A stretch of 55,899 bases of DNA from Bacteroidales bacterium (GCA_007123065.1 SKSI01000090.1:1-55899); one strand, 5' to 3'; shown: positions 38,741 to 47,120, counted from the first letter of the stretch. The notes: generated by a model from the letters alone, not told the origin. Made by a program: numbers and translations.

Positions 38741-41700
38741 AATCGTTTCTTCTTTTTTAATAATCCGGTAAGATACAGATCTAGTCCGGGCCGGATAGCA
38801 AAAACATCTTTAAACCTTTCAACGAGTATACCGGCGCGCATCAGCTCGCGAATATCGGCAGTCACTTCACTCTCTTCTTTTTCAAGGTTTTTCGCCAGCT
38901 TTTCAACGGTAAATCTCCGGTTGTACAAAAACTGCTGGATATAAAACCACTGACTGGCAGAAAGCAGATCAAACACCTTTTTGTCGGGCAACTTAACCGG
39001 CTCCATTACAATCGTTTTTCCTGAGACTTTTTTGATTGAAGAAAGCCAAAGCCTTGTTGTTAATCCCGGGTTTCCGTTTGATTGATCAAAAAGCAGGTTA
39101 AAGAGACTTGCAAAGTCCCAGGCAGTCATGCGACTCTCTTCTTTTTTGTGAATCTGAAACTTCATCCCACCGGCCTGATGCCTCAGCATGATCATCTCTT
39201 TAAGTTCTCTCGCATCAAAGGCTTGACATTGAACAGTAGCAAGAGCATAACTACTCAACCTCGTTTGTTTATCAATCAGTTTGAAAACGTTATTATTCAC
39301 ATTAATTACAAACAGGCACTTGTGGCCATACCGGTCAATCAGGTTGAGGATGGTTTCCACCACCACATTGCCACCCGGGCGCCGCTCCCACCAAAGTCCG
39401 AGGTCGTGAATAATGATCAACTTGCCGGCAGGCATTGCTCTGAACACATCTTCCAGGCGCTTGTTCTTTGCGTTCAAAGCATCAAGTAATTTACGCGTAA
39501 ACAGGCCTGCATCAGCAGAACAATCCTGAGGAGCTTGTACCGAATGGATATGCTCCATGGCAAAAAAGCGTTCTGCTACTTTTTTAGAAAGACTTGATTT
39601 CCCTGAGGTACGTGGCCCGGTGATAAGCAATGCCCCGGGGAAACCGGCTTTAAACCGTTGCATAGCCTGCACGCAAACCTTAATTTCGGAATCCATCCCA
39701 ACCCAGAAGTCATCACCTGTACCAGACTGACCGGAGAACAACGAAGTATAGTAGAACGGCAACTCTTTAATTATCGACTGATCAGGGGTGATAGCTTCAG
39801 CAAAAGCCAGCATATCCCTGTTTGATTTCTCAAACGACACTTCCGGTTGTTCGAAATGGCTGATCCACAATTGCCCCTCGCTTTTGCTGTAAAGCAGGTC
39901 CACAAAACGATCACGGGTAAGCTCCTTAAAATGCTGCCACTGACGTTGTATGCTCCCGGAAAACTCTGCTTGCTCACTGTCTCTTGGTCTCTTCCTTACA
40001 ACCATGCTTGTTTTGTTGATGGTAGCAGAAGAAAGAGGATCGAAGCCGCGTTTTAGACCGGATAAAAATACTTTTTCAATGTTGTCAGCAAATTGCAGGA
40101 TGTGTTGCTTAATAACAATAAGCTTGTCCAGAAACGACTGAATTAAAACCAGGGCCTGTTGATCGCGACCTGCCTGTTCGGCGGCTGCATCATCCTTGCC
40201 CTGGTTGTCCAGACTAAAGTTCAGCAACCTGACCATATCTTTGACAGATGCAAGATGCTGTTTTAATTCCTGTTCCGCATCCATGCACTTTTTATTGCTG
40301 TAGTCAATCAGTTCGGTGCTGACATAATACTCAACTGTCTTTCTTAAACTGACCATCAGCCGGTCTGCCTTGGCAAAAGCCGTTTCCTTGAACTTTTCCC
40401 CCAGCTGTTCCGCTGTTACTTCCATTTTATCGGGAATGTCATTCAGCAACTCCCCTATCTCAGCGTAAAGGCCGCTGTATATGCCAGCGACAGGTATCGG
40501 TTTCAGATGTTCATGCTCCAGACGCGGCGTTTTTTTGAGTCCGGTTTTCTTTTCTGCCAGCAACTGTTGCGCAAAGAGTTCATACTCGTCAAGATGCCTG
40601 ATCAGTTCGTTGGTGAGGGCGAGTTGAAAATCGTAATGGTATTTTTTTATCTTTGACTGTATGCGGCTTTTTACTGAAAGGATATAATAGTCAATGATGG
40701 TTTTATTGATGAACAGGGACAGATTGCCTGACCATACCGACGCAAAGCTTTCAATATCAGAAACAATACCCGGATCTTTTTTGAAGTATGGATAAAAGTT
40801 GCTGCTTAGAATATTGGCTCCCGTGCTTTCCAGATTATGGCTAAACTCCTGAAGGTCGCCAGCAAGCGCTTCGTGCATTTTTTGCCCTGCCTGCAAGTAA
40901 AAGTTTCTGCTTTCATGTTCCATCACTTCAACTTTTGCAGCAAGACGGCCTCTTTCAAGCTTTATTATTTCCAGGCTTTTTGATTTGTTGTCTTCTTCAA
41001 GCCTTACTTTTTCAATGAGCTCATGAATTGCATTGAACAACTTGCCCACTTCAACCACCTCCATAAATGAATGAAGTGCAAAATCGACCATCAGCTCACG
41101 AACCAACGCAATTCTCTTATGATACAAAAAGTAACGGGCAGAAGGGACCACACGGATTTTATGTGTAACCGGTTTTCGAAGAATAGCGGAAAGCAGTCGT
41201 TTTCTTGTTTTATAAAAGCGGGTTTTGAAACGGTCGTGTTCTTTTATGGCAAACTCTTTACCCGAAAGTTTGATCCGGATAAACTCCGGCATCACATTCA
41301 TCATTGCGCGCAGCTCATCAAGATAAGTTTTGTTTGCTTCTTCCAGGTGGTTTTGAATAGCCTGCACGCGCTGTTCTCGCAACAAATGGATATGTCGTTG
41401 CGAGTGAAAAGAAAAATCATTCAGGATGATCAAAAAGCTTTTATCGCTGTCGGCACCCTGTAAGTTATTCACCGCACGTTGCAATGTGTCAAGTGTTCGC
41501 AGAGAAAAATTCAGCAGCTCGGGGAAAAAACGCAAATCAAGTTTGTGAATCTTTTCATGGCCATTTTCATAATACTTCAATGCAAACTTGCCTGCGGTTT
41601 GGGCAATATTGATCACCTCATTTGTGATAATTTCTCTGGAAGACGGCTTAAGGTGTCTGACAACATCAAAGCTGGCGCGCTCAGGTGTAACAGATGGTTC

Positions 41701-43908
41701 CGAAGCCTTTGCTTCATCAATAACATTGATTGCGTCAAAGAATGATGATGCAGAAACAAGGAGCGTAGTCGGCACACTGTCGATTAACAGGTTCGCCTTA
41801 TTAAGCACCTCCTGTGGTTCTTTTGTGTTAAACTCAGGAAGTTCAATAATACACAAATCTGCCTCACGCGATTCTGCACTGATGATCTTTTCGACAGGAA
41901 GCTGTTCCACGGCATTGTTGATGACTTTTACATCGGCCTTTAGCCTGTGGTTATCAAGCAGTTGATTGATCAGGCTATAAAGAGAGTCCGTTTTCGAGCT
42001 GTCTGAGTGAACGACAAGTATCCTGAAGCTTGCTGTCCTCCAGGCATTGCTTGAGGTCAGGAATTTCATCAGTGACAGCACGAGCGACAGGGCGCGTCCT
42101 TTGCCGTTCCACCAGAAATCTATGTGTTGTTTTTTTCCAAAGCCCTTGTCTTTATCATAGCTTAAGAACAAATTATTATAATCCTGGCGCTTGAGGTTAT
42201 TCAGCAGCCTGGCAAATTTTTCGGGATTTCTCGTGTTCCTGCCCCATCCCATCAGAATGGTATTGGGTTCAAAGCCCGTAAAACCGTAAACTCTTGAAAT
42301 AACATCAATGCCTTCATAAACATCACGACAGGTATGTTTTCTGGTAAACACACCCCTGTCTGTTTGTTTGTCTGCAACCATCGGGCCATCTTTCAAGCCA
42401 AACAAAATCTCTCCTGACGGTTGTTCGGTGAGCTCAAAGTTTGTAAACACACCCATTTTCCCAACAAGGGATTTCCCCATATCTATCAGATGCGGTCTAT
42501 GTTTCTCTCCTCCACTGAACAACATCACATTAGGCCGCCAGTTATTTGGCATTTTACTGCTTGTGCTAAGCTTTCCCAGTCCGGTTTTCACCAGTGATGA
42601 CCAAACGCCTGTCCAGGTATCGCCACTTTGTAACGAGAGCTCTTTTCTCTTTAAAAACAAAAACAAAGCAATAAGCAAAACAGAGGCGACAATCAGTGCC
42701 ACAACATCCAGTTGTATCATCACAACGATGCTTGCCAGCGCCCCTATGATACCAACAATGCGGGGGATTCGGAAGGAAGGACGAAAATCGCTTCCTGCCC
42801 AGCTTTCAATTACATAAGTTATATTTAGAAAACCGTATGTGATGATGAAGAATATGGTAACGATGCGGGCAATTACATTCAGCTCCCCGATAAGAATTCC
42901 TGTTTGGGCGATCAGGTAAGTAACAATCAGTGCGTTTCTCGGTTCGCTGCCGGCGCCGTATCCCCTGGAAAAAAAACCAGGAAGGATCCGGTCGATTGAA
43001 ACTGCTTTTAGTATTCGCGGAGCACCCATTATACTCCCCAATGCTGATGATAAAGTAGCTGCAAAAACACCTGCAACTACAAGTTGCGGCACCCATGAAA
43101 TATCAAACAACACGTTGGGATCATAGGCCAGAAGGTTTCTGTCTACAGTATAAGAAAGAAACACAGTTAAACCTGTATATATTACCAATCCTGATAAAAT
43201 TGCCATAATGGTACCGACAGGAATAGCCTTCTGCGGGTTTCTTAGGTCACCGGACATAGAGACACCAGTGTTGAACCCGGTGACTGCCGGAAAGAATATG
43301 GCAAACAAGACAATCCAGGGTGTCGTCCCGTCGAATGAACGTGTAACAGGATCAACCATTGACAAGTCGTGACTGCCGGCAAATACAGACACCAACGACA
43401 GGGCCAGAACAGCAAGAATCAGATATTGTATCCTGATCGCCAAAGATGTGCTAATAAAAGTGACAATGGTGACCAAAAGCAGCATGATTGAACCGGTAAT
43501 CCTGATCGTATACAGACTCAACTCAAAACCAAAGTACGACAGAAAGGTCTCGGCAAAACCGATCAGGTAAAGGCTGATGCTGAAGGAAAACCCAACAAAC
43601 AGTGCCAGTCCGAGTGTGCCGCCAATCGGGAGACCGAGGCTGCGCGATATGATATAATACGCCCCACCCGTCTCAACCCGCTTGTCTGTAGCAAGCGAAG
43701 AAATGCTCAATCCTGTTGTAATAGAAATGACATGAGCAACCATTATAATCCCAAGGGTTGACCACAAGCCTGCCATACCTATAATCCACGGCAGACGCAG
43801 AAACAAGATCACACCCAGAATAGATAACAACGACGGAACATAAACACCGCCAAAGGCACCAAATTTCTTTGCTTTTCCCACGCTTTTTAGATTTTGTAAC
43901 TCATCCAA
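38737..43908 (-). CDS. Giant fusion protein: SLC12/cation-chloride-cotransporter-like permease, its cytoplasmic domain, a roughly 700-aa helical region, a P-loop NTPase, and a winged-helix-like tail
   Basis: 1723 codons with no in-frame stop. N-terminal KFGAFGGVYVPSLLSILGVILFLRLPWIIGMAG plus 11-12 hydrophobic segments (nt ~43866-42649). CCC C-domain-like region (nt ~42546-41734). Walker A LITGPRTSGKS read at nt 39601-39630. Walker B-like KLIIIHD. The track start is a TTG, and an in-frame GTG at 43881 is an alternative start. Confidence 0.8.
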   Translation of the reverse strand: MDELQNLKSVGKAKKFGAFGGVYVPSLLSILGVILFLRLPWIIGMAGLWSTLGIIMVAHVISITTGLSISSLATDKRVETGGAYYIISRSLGLPIGGTLGLALFVGFSFSISLYLIGFAETFLSYFGFELSLYTIRITGSIMLLLVTIVTFISTSLAIRIQYLILAVLALSLVSVFAGSHDLSMVDPVTRSFDGTTPWIVLFAIFFPAVTGFNTGVSMSGDLRNPQKAIPVGTIMAILSGLVIYTGLTVFLSYTVDRNLLAYDPNVLFDISWVPQLVVAGVFAATLSSALGSIMGAPRILKAVSIDRILPGFFSRGYGAGSEPRNALIVTYLIAQTGILIGELNVIARIVTIFFIITYGFLNITYVIESWAGSDFRPSFRIPRIVGIIGALASIVVMIQLDVVALIVASVLLIALFLFLKRKELSLQSGDTWTGVWSSLVKTGLGKLSTSSKMPNNWRPNVMLFSGGEKHRPHLIDMGKSLVGKMGVFTNFELTEQPSGEILFGLKDGPMVADKQTDRGVFTRKHTCRDVYEGIDVISRVYGFTGFEPNTILMGWGRNTRNPEKFARLLNNLKRQDYNNLFLSYDKDKGFGKKQHIDFWWNGKGRALSLVLSLMKFLTSSNAWRTASFRILVVHSDSSKTDSLYSLINQLLDNHRLKADVKVINNAVEQLPVEKIISAESREADLCIIELPEFNTKEPQEVLNKANLLIDSVPTTLLVSASSFFDAINVIDEAKASEPSVTPERASFDVVRHLKPSSREIITNEVINIAQTAGKFALKYYENGHEKIHKLDLRFFPELLNFSLRTLDTLQRAVNNLQGADSDKSFLIILNDFSFHSQRHIHLLREQRVQAIQNHLEEANKTYLDELRAMMNVMPEFIRIKLSGKEFAIKEHDRFKTRFYKTRKRLLSAILRKPVTHKIRVVPSARYFLYHKRIALVRELMVDFALHSFMEVVEVGKLFNAIHELIEKVRLEEDNKSKSLEIIKLERGRLAAKVEVMEHESRNFYLQAGQKMHEALAGDLQEFSHNLESTGANILSSNFYPYFKKDPGIVSDIESFASVWSGNLSLFINKTIIDYYILSVKSRIQSKIKKYHYDFQLALTNELIRHLDEYELFAQQLLAEKKTGLKKTPRLEHEHLKPIPVAGIYSGLYAEIGELLNDIPDKMEVTAEQLGEKFKETAFAKADRLMVSLRKTVEYYVSTELIDYSNKKCMDAEQELKQHLASVKDMVRLLNFSLDNQGKDDAAAEQAGRDQQALVLIQSFLDKLIVIKQHILQFADNIEKVFLSGLKRGFDPLSSATINKTSMVVRKRPRDSEQAEFSGSIQRQWQHFKELTRDRFVDLLYSKSEGQLWISHFEQPEVSFEKSNRDMLAFAEAITPDQSIIKELPFYYTSLFSGQSGTGDDFWVGMDSEIKVCVQAMQRFKAGFPGALLITGPRTSGKSSLSKKVAERFFAMEHIHSVQAPQDCSADAGLFTRKLLDALNAKNKRLEDVFRAMPAGKLIIIHDLGLWWERRPGGNVVVETILNLIDRYGHKCLFVINVNNNVFKLIDKQTRLSSYALATVQCQAFDARELKEMIMLRHQAGGMKFQIHKKEESRMTAWDFASLFNLLFDQSNGNPGLTTRLWLSSIKKVSGKTIVMEPVKLPDKKVFDLLSASQWFYIQQFLYNRRFTVEKLAKNLEKEESEVTADIRELMRAGILVERFKDVFAIRPGLDLYLTGLLKKKKRL

Positions 43909-43954
43909 AGATAAAACTTTTTAATTTATGTTTGTATGGGCAACAAGGATTCTG

Positions 43955-43962
43955 TATTTTTG
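43955..43962 (+). promoter_or_regulatory. Candidate -7 box (TATTTTTG) for the large MscS gene
   Basis: TAnnTTTG match 40 nt upstream of the ATG at 44002. A second match, TATGTTTG, lies at 43927-43934. Confidence 0.35.
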
Positions 43963-44001
43963 GGTTTTATATTGTTTACGTCAATATCCAAACTGTGAGA
44001 T

Positions 44002-45660
44002 ATGAAAAAGTTGATCTTTTCTGTTTTGTTGGCAAGCGCTTTTCTGATATTGTTACATTTCTCCGTGCTGGCCTCATCAGAGCAACAAACAGCACCTCTG
44101 CCTGAAGCAGAAGAAGAGATTCGCGTAAACCTGAGCAGCCCTTTCCATAGCTTGCGTACCCATCTGCATTTCCTGCAGCCGGGCAGTTATGAGCCGGAGT
44201 TGGCGGCACAGGTTTTTATGCAACCCGGAATGACTATTGAAGAAGCCGCTGAATCGGCTATTAAGCTCAAGCAGGTTTTTGACGGCAGGGGATATTTGAT
44301 AGACCTTGATAAAGTACCCCACAATGAAAACTATACAGACACCGTCAGCGGGGAGTTCAAATACATTCCTGTGCACAGTTTGCCCGAAATATTCCTTGAA
44401 AAGCACGATAACATATGGTTGTACAGCCGGGAAAGCATCTCTGCAATTGAATCGCTTCACCGTCAGGTTTTTCCGTTCGGACCTGACCTGCTGATCAACA
44501 TCCTGCCCCAGGCAGGCACACATACTTTCATTGGCTTATACTTGTGGCAACATTTGGGCATTCTCTTGTTAGTTCTTGTTGGTTTTTTAATTCACAAGCT
44601 CCTCACATTCCTCTTAAACCGTGCTTTATACAAAGGGGCTAAACAAATGGGTTATGACAACCTGGTACGACCATATCTGTTGCCTATCGCAAAACCTTTG
44701 AGCCTTTTCCTCGTTTTTGTTGCGGTGATGGTAATGTTTCCACTTTTACAACTTCCCGTTGAGGTTAGCAGGTATTTTACTTTTGCATTCAAGGCCATCC
44801 TTCCGTTTTTTGCCACATTGGTGTTTTATAAGCTGATAGATGTGTTTTCATTATACCTTGAAAAGGTGGCTGGAAAGTCAAACTCAAGCCTGGACAACCA
44901 CGTTGTGCCGATGCTGCGCAAGGTGCTTAAAGTCTTCGTTGTGATCATTGGCGGTTTGTTTATTCTGCAAAACCTGGATGTGAACATCACCGCGCTTCTT
45001 GCCGGACTTTCCATCGGCGGACTGGCCCTTGCTCTGGCCGCCCAGGACACGCTGAAAAACTTTTTCGGGTCGCTGATGATCTTTATTGACAAACCTTTTT
45101 CTGTTGGGCATTGGATCACCAGCGGTGATATTGACGGCACAGTTGAAGAGGTTGGTTTCCGATCAACACGGATCAGGACATTCAGAAACTCCCTGCACTA
45201 TGTGCCTAATGGCATGCTTGCTGACGCCAGCATCGACAACCATGGCCTTCGGGCGTTCAGACGGTTTTTTATGCATATTGCCATCACTTACGATACACCC
45301 CCGGATCTAATCGAGGTTTTTGTGCGCGGTTTGCGCAAAATCGTTGATAATCACCCAAATACGCGTAAAGACTTTTACATCGTTGAGTTTAATGAGATGG
45401 GAGACTTCTCTCTGAGGATCATGTTCTATATCTTTTTTGCCGTACCGACCTGGCCGGAGGAGCTTAAGGCCCGTCATGAAATCCTTATAGAGATTGTGCG
45501 CCTTGCTGAGCGCCTGGGTGTGCGCTTTGCTTTCCCAACCAGCACATTACATATGGAAAACTTTCCGGAGAAAAACAGCTTGACACCGAAGCACGATATG
45601 TCCATGGATGAGTTTAAGCAACAGATGGATGATTATTTTACAAAAAAGGAGGACCATTAA
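44002..45660 (+). CDS. Mechanosensitive ion channel family protein (MscS-type, with an N-terminal periplasmic domain)
   Basis: Signal peptide, a soluble domain of about 160 aa, TM helices, then MscS core GSLMIFIDKPFSVGHWITSGDIDGTVEEVGFRSTRIRTFRNSLHYVPN. Confidence 0.85.
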   Translation: MKKLIFSVLLASAFLILLHFSVLASSEQQTAPLPEAEEEIRVNLSSPFHSLRTHLHFLQPGSYEPELAAQVFMQPGMTIEEAAESAIKLKQVFDGRGYLIDLDKVPHNENYTDTVSGEFKYIPVHSLPEIFLEKHDNIWLYSRESISAIESLHRQVFPFGPDLLINILPQAGTHTFIGLYLWQHLGILLLVLVGFLIHKLLTFLLNRALYKGAKQMGYDNLVRPYLLPIAKPLSLFLVFVAVMVMFPLLQLPVEVSRYFTFAFKAILPFFATLVFYKLIDVFSLYLEKVAGKSNSSLDNHVVPMLRKVLKVFVVIIGGLFILQNLDVNITALLAGLSIGGLALALAAQDTLKNFFGSLMIFIDKPFSVGHWITSGDIDGTVEEVGFRSTRIRTFRNSLHYVPNGMLADASIDNHGLRAFRRFFMHIAITYDTPPDLIEVFVRGLRKIVDNHPNTRKDFYIVEFNEMGDFSLRIMFYIFFAVPTWPEELKARHEILIEIVRLAERLGVRFAFPTSTLHMENFPEKNSLTPKHDMSMDEFKQQMDDYFTKKEDH

Positions 45661-45672
45661 AGATCCTCCTTT
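45645..45672. terminator. Hairpin between convergent mscS and the encapsulin operon
   Basis: 8-bp stem AAGGAGGA (45646-53) / TCCTCCTT (45664-71) with a 10-nt loop. Flanking U-tracts are weak on both strands. Confidence 0.4.
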
Positions 45673-45699
45673 ATAACCAAAACCTATTGATATAAACTG

Positions 45700-46491
45700 C
45701 TATTTCAATACAAGAACTGCTGCCGGATCAATTACCTGGAAAGTAAAAGATTCAGTAAAGTAGAGTTGTACTGATTTGTTATTGTGTGATTCATAACCAA
45801 TTGAAAGGTCTTGTCCGAGCACCAGGCGAAAGTCACCTCCCCGCTCCGATACCAGGTAAGAATCCTTCACATAAGGTGCCATGATGATACTGCCGCCAAG
45901 CAGGCTTTCCAGTTGTTTACGCAGCGGATAACCTTTCACGTAAGCATTTACCTGCTGCCACTTTTCAGTATTAAGCACCAGCGAGTATGGGCCTTCTATT
46001 GAGTTGGCCTTCAGTTTTGATACTGCTGTAGCGATTGCACCGGCGATCTCTTCGCCGGCCTGGGGAAAGGCCATCACATTGTAATCGGAACGTTGTTTCA
46101 ATCCGGCAATCTGACCGGCTTTAAAGCCTTCATAGATTGCTGTTTCTTCAAACCTGGCAATCTCCCTGGCAGCATCTTCCATTGCTTCAAGATCAATGTC
46201 TTCTGCGCCACGAGCTACGTTATCAAGCTCCCAGATATTCAGCTCGAATGGTATGCGGGCTTCTACCAAAGGCAGCACCTGATGTGTACCATATTTTACA
46301 GTACCTTTCTGGTTGGCAGGCACCTGAATGCGGCCTGTTGATAAAGCAGCATAGTCCCATCCTTTGGGGCCTTCCACATCCAAAAACTTACGGCCTGAAA
46401 GCACAGAGTTCAGCACTTCTTTGGCAGTTTCATTGATTTCCTCCCATGCGGCATCCGAAATCGGTGCCAATGTTTTTCTTAATATATCCAT
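45700..46491 (-). CDS. Family 1 encapsulin nanocompartment shell protein (linocin M18-like, HK97 fold)
   Basis: 263 aa. N-terminus MDILRKTLAPISDAAWEEINETAKEVL and overall similarity to T. maritima-type T=1 encapsulins. Immediately downstream of a cargo gene that carries a targeting peptide. Confidence 0.85.
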   Translation of the reverse strand: MDILRKTLAPISDAAWEEINETAKEVLNSVLSGRKFLDVEGPKGWDYAALSTGRIQVPANQKGTVKYGTHQVLPLVEARIPFELNIWELDNVARGAEDIDLEAMEDAAREIARFEETAIYEGFKAGQIAGLKQRSDYNVMAFPQAGEEIAGAIATAVSKLKANSIEGPYSLVLNTEKWQQVNAYVKGYPLRKQLESLLGGSIIMAPYVKDSYLVSERGGDFRLVLGQDLSIGYESHNNKSVQLYFTESFTFQVIDPAAVLVLK

Positions 46492-46502
46492 TTTATCCTC
46501 CT

Positions 46503-46871
46503 TTATTTTTTAATTTTTCCAATTCCTAATGAGTCTGAATTGCCACCGTCATTTCCGCCATGATCATCATGATCATCATGATCATGTCCATGGCTACCCA
46601 TGATATCGCCTTCTTTAAACAACCAGTTGCGCAACTCTTCATCCCAACCGGGCATGTTGCGGCGCAACCACTCAAGGGCCATGCACGCATGCTCAATCTC
46701 TTCGTCGCGGTTATGTGCCATAATGGCTGCCAGATCAGGGTCGTTGCTGGTTACCACGCGCTGATGGTACCAGTCAACAGCCTCAATCTCTTCCTTTAAA
46801 CTGTTTAATGCACGCGAAAAATTACGCGCTTCCTGTGATAACTCTTCTGCTGGTTCGTGATATGCTGACAT
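46503..46871 (-). CDS. Encapsulated ferritin-like protein (EncFtn/Flp cargo)
   Basis: 122 aa. E28, Y35, E58 and H61 reproduce the E-x6-Y ... E-x2-H ferroxidase spacing of EncFtn. C-terminal SLGIGKIKK resembles the encapsulin targeting-peptide consensus. Confidence 0.8.
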   Translation of the reverse strand: MSAYHEPAEELSQEARNFSRALNSLKEEIEAVDWYHQRVVTSNDPDLAAIMAHNRDEEIEHACMALEWLRRNMPGWDEELRNWLFKEGDIMGSHGHDHDDHDDHGGNDGGNSDSLGIGKIKK

Positions 46872-47120
46872 AATAATTCAGTTTAGTTTGTTTTTTTAAT
46901 AATTATGATTTGTCATTTATGACTTTTTTTTCAGGTCAGGTATTGGTTTGCCACCCAAAACAGTCATTTCACTGCTTAATGCAAATATAATCTATTTGTT
47001 GCTACTATACAAACAATTGCTTTTGTTGTTTTGTTTGCTCTTTGTCTTTTGTTTATTTTTGTCGTTTCTTGATTTTGGATTTTTTCAGAGTCTTAATATC
47101 ACAAATTAAACAAAACAACC

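Noticed and set aside
46881-46888. A single AACTAAAC octamer (minus strand) in the EncFtn leader, identical to the microsatellite unit
   Set aside because: About one or two chance occurrences of any 8-mer are expected in roughly 112 kb of two-strand sequence. A single copy is not evidence of relatedness.
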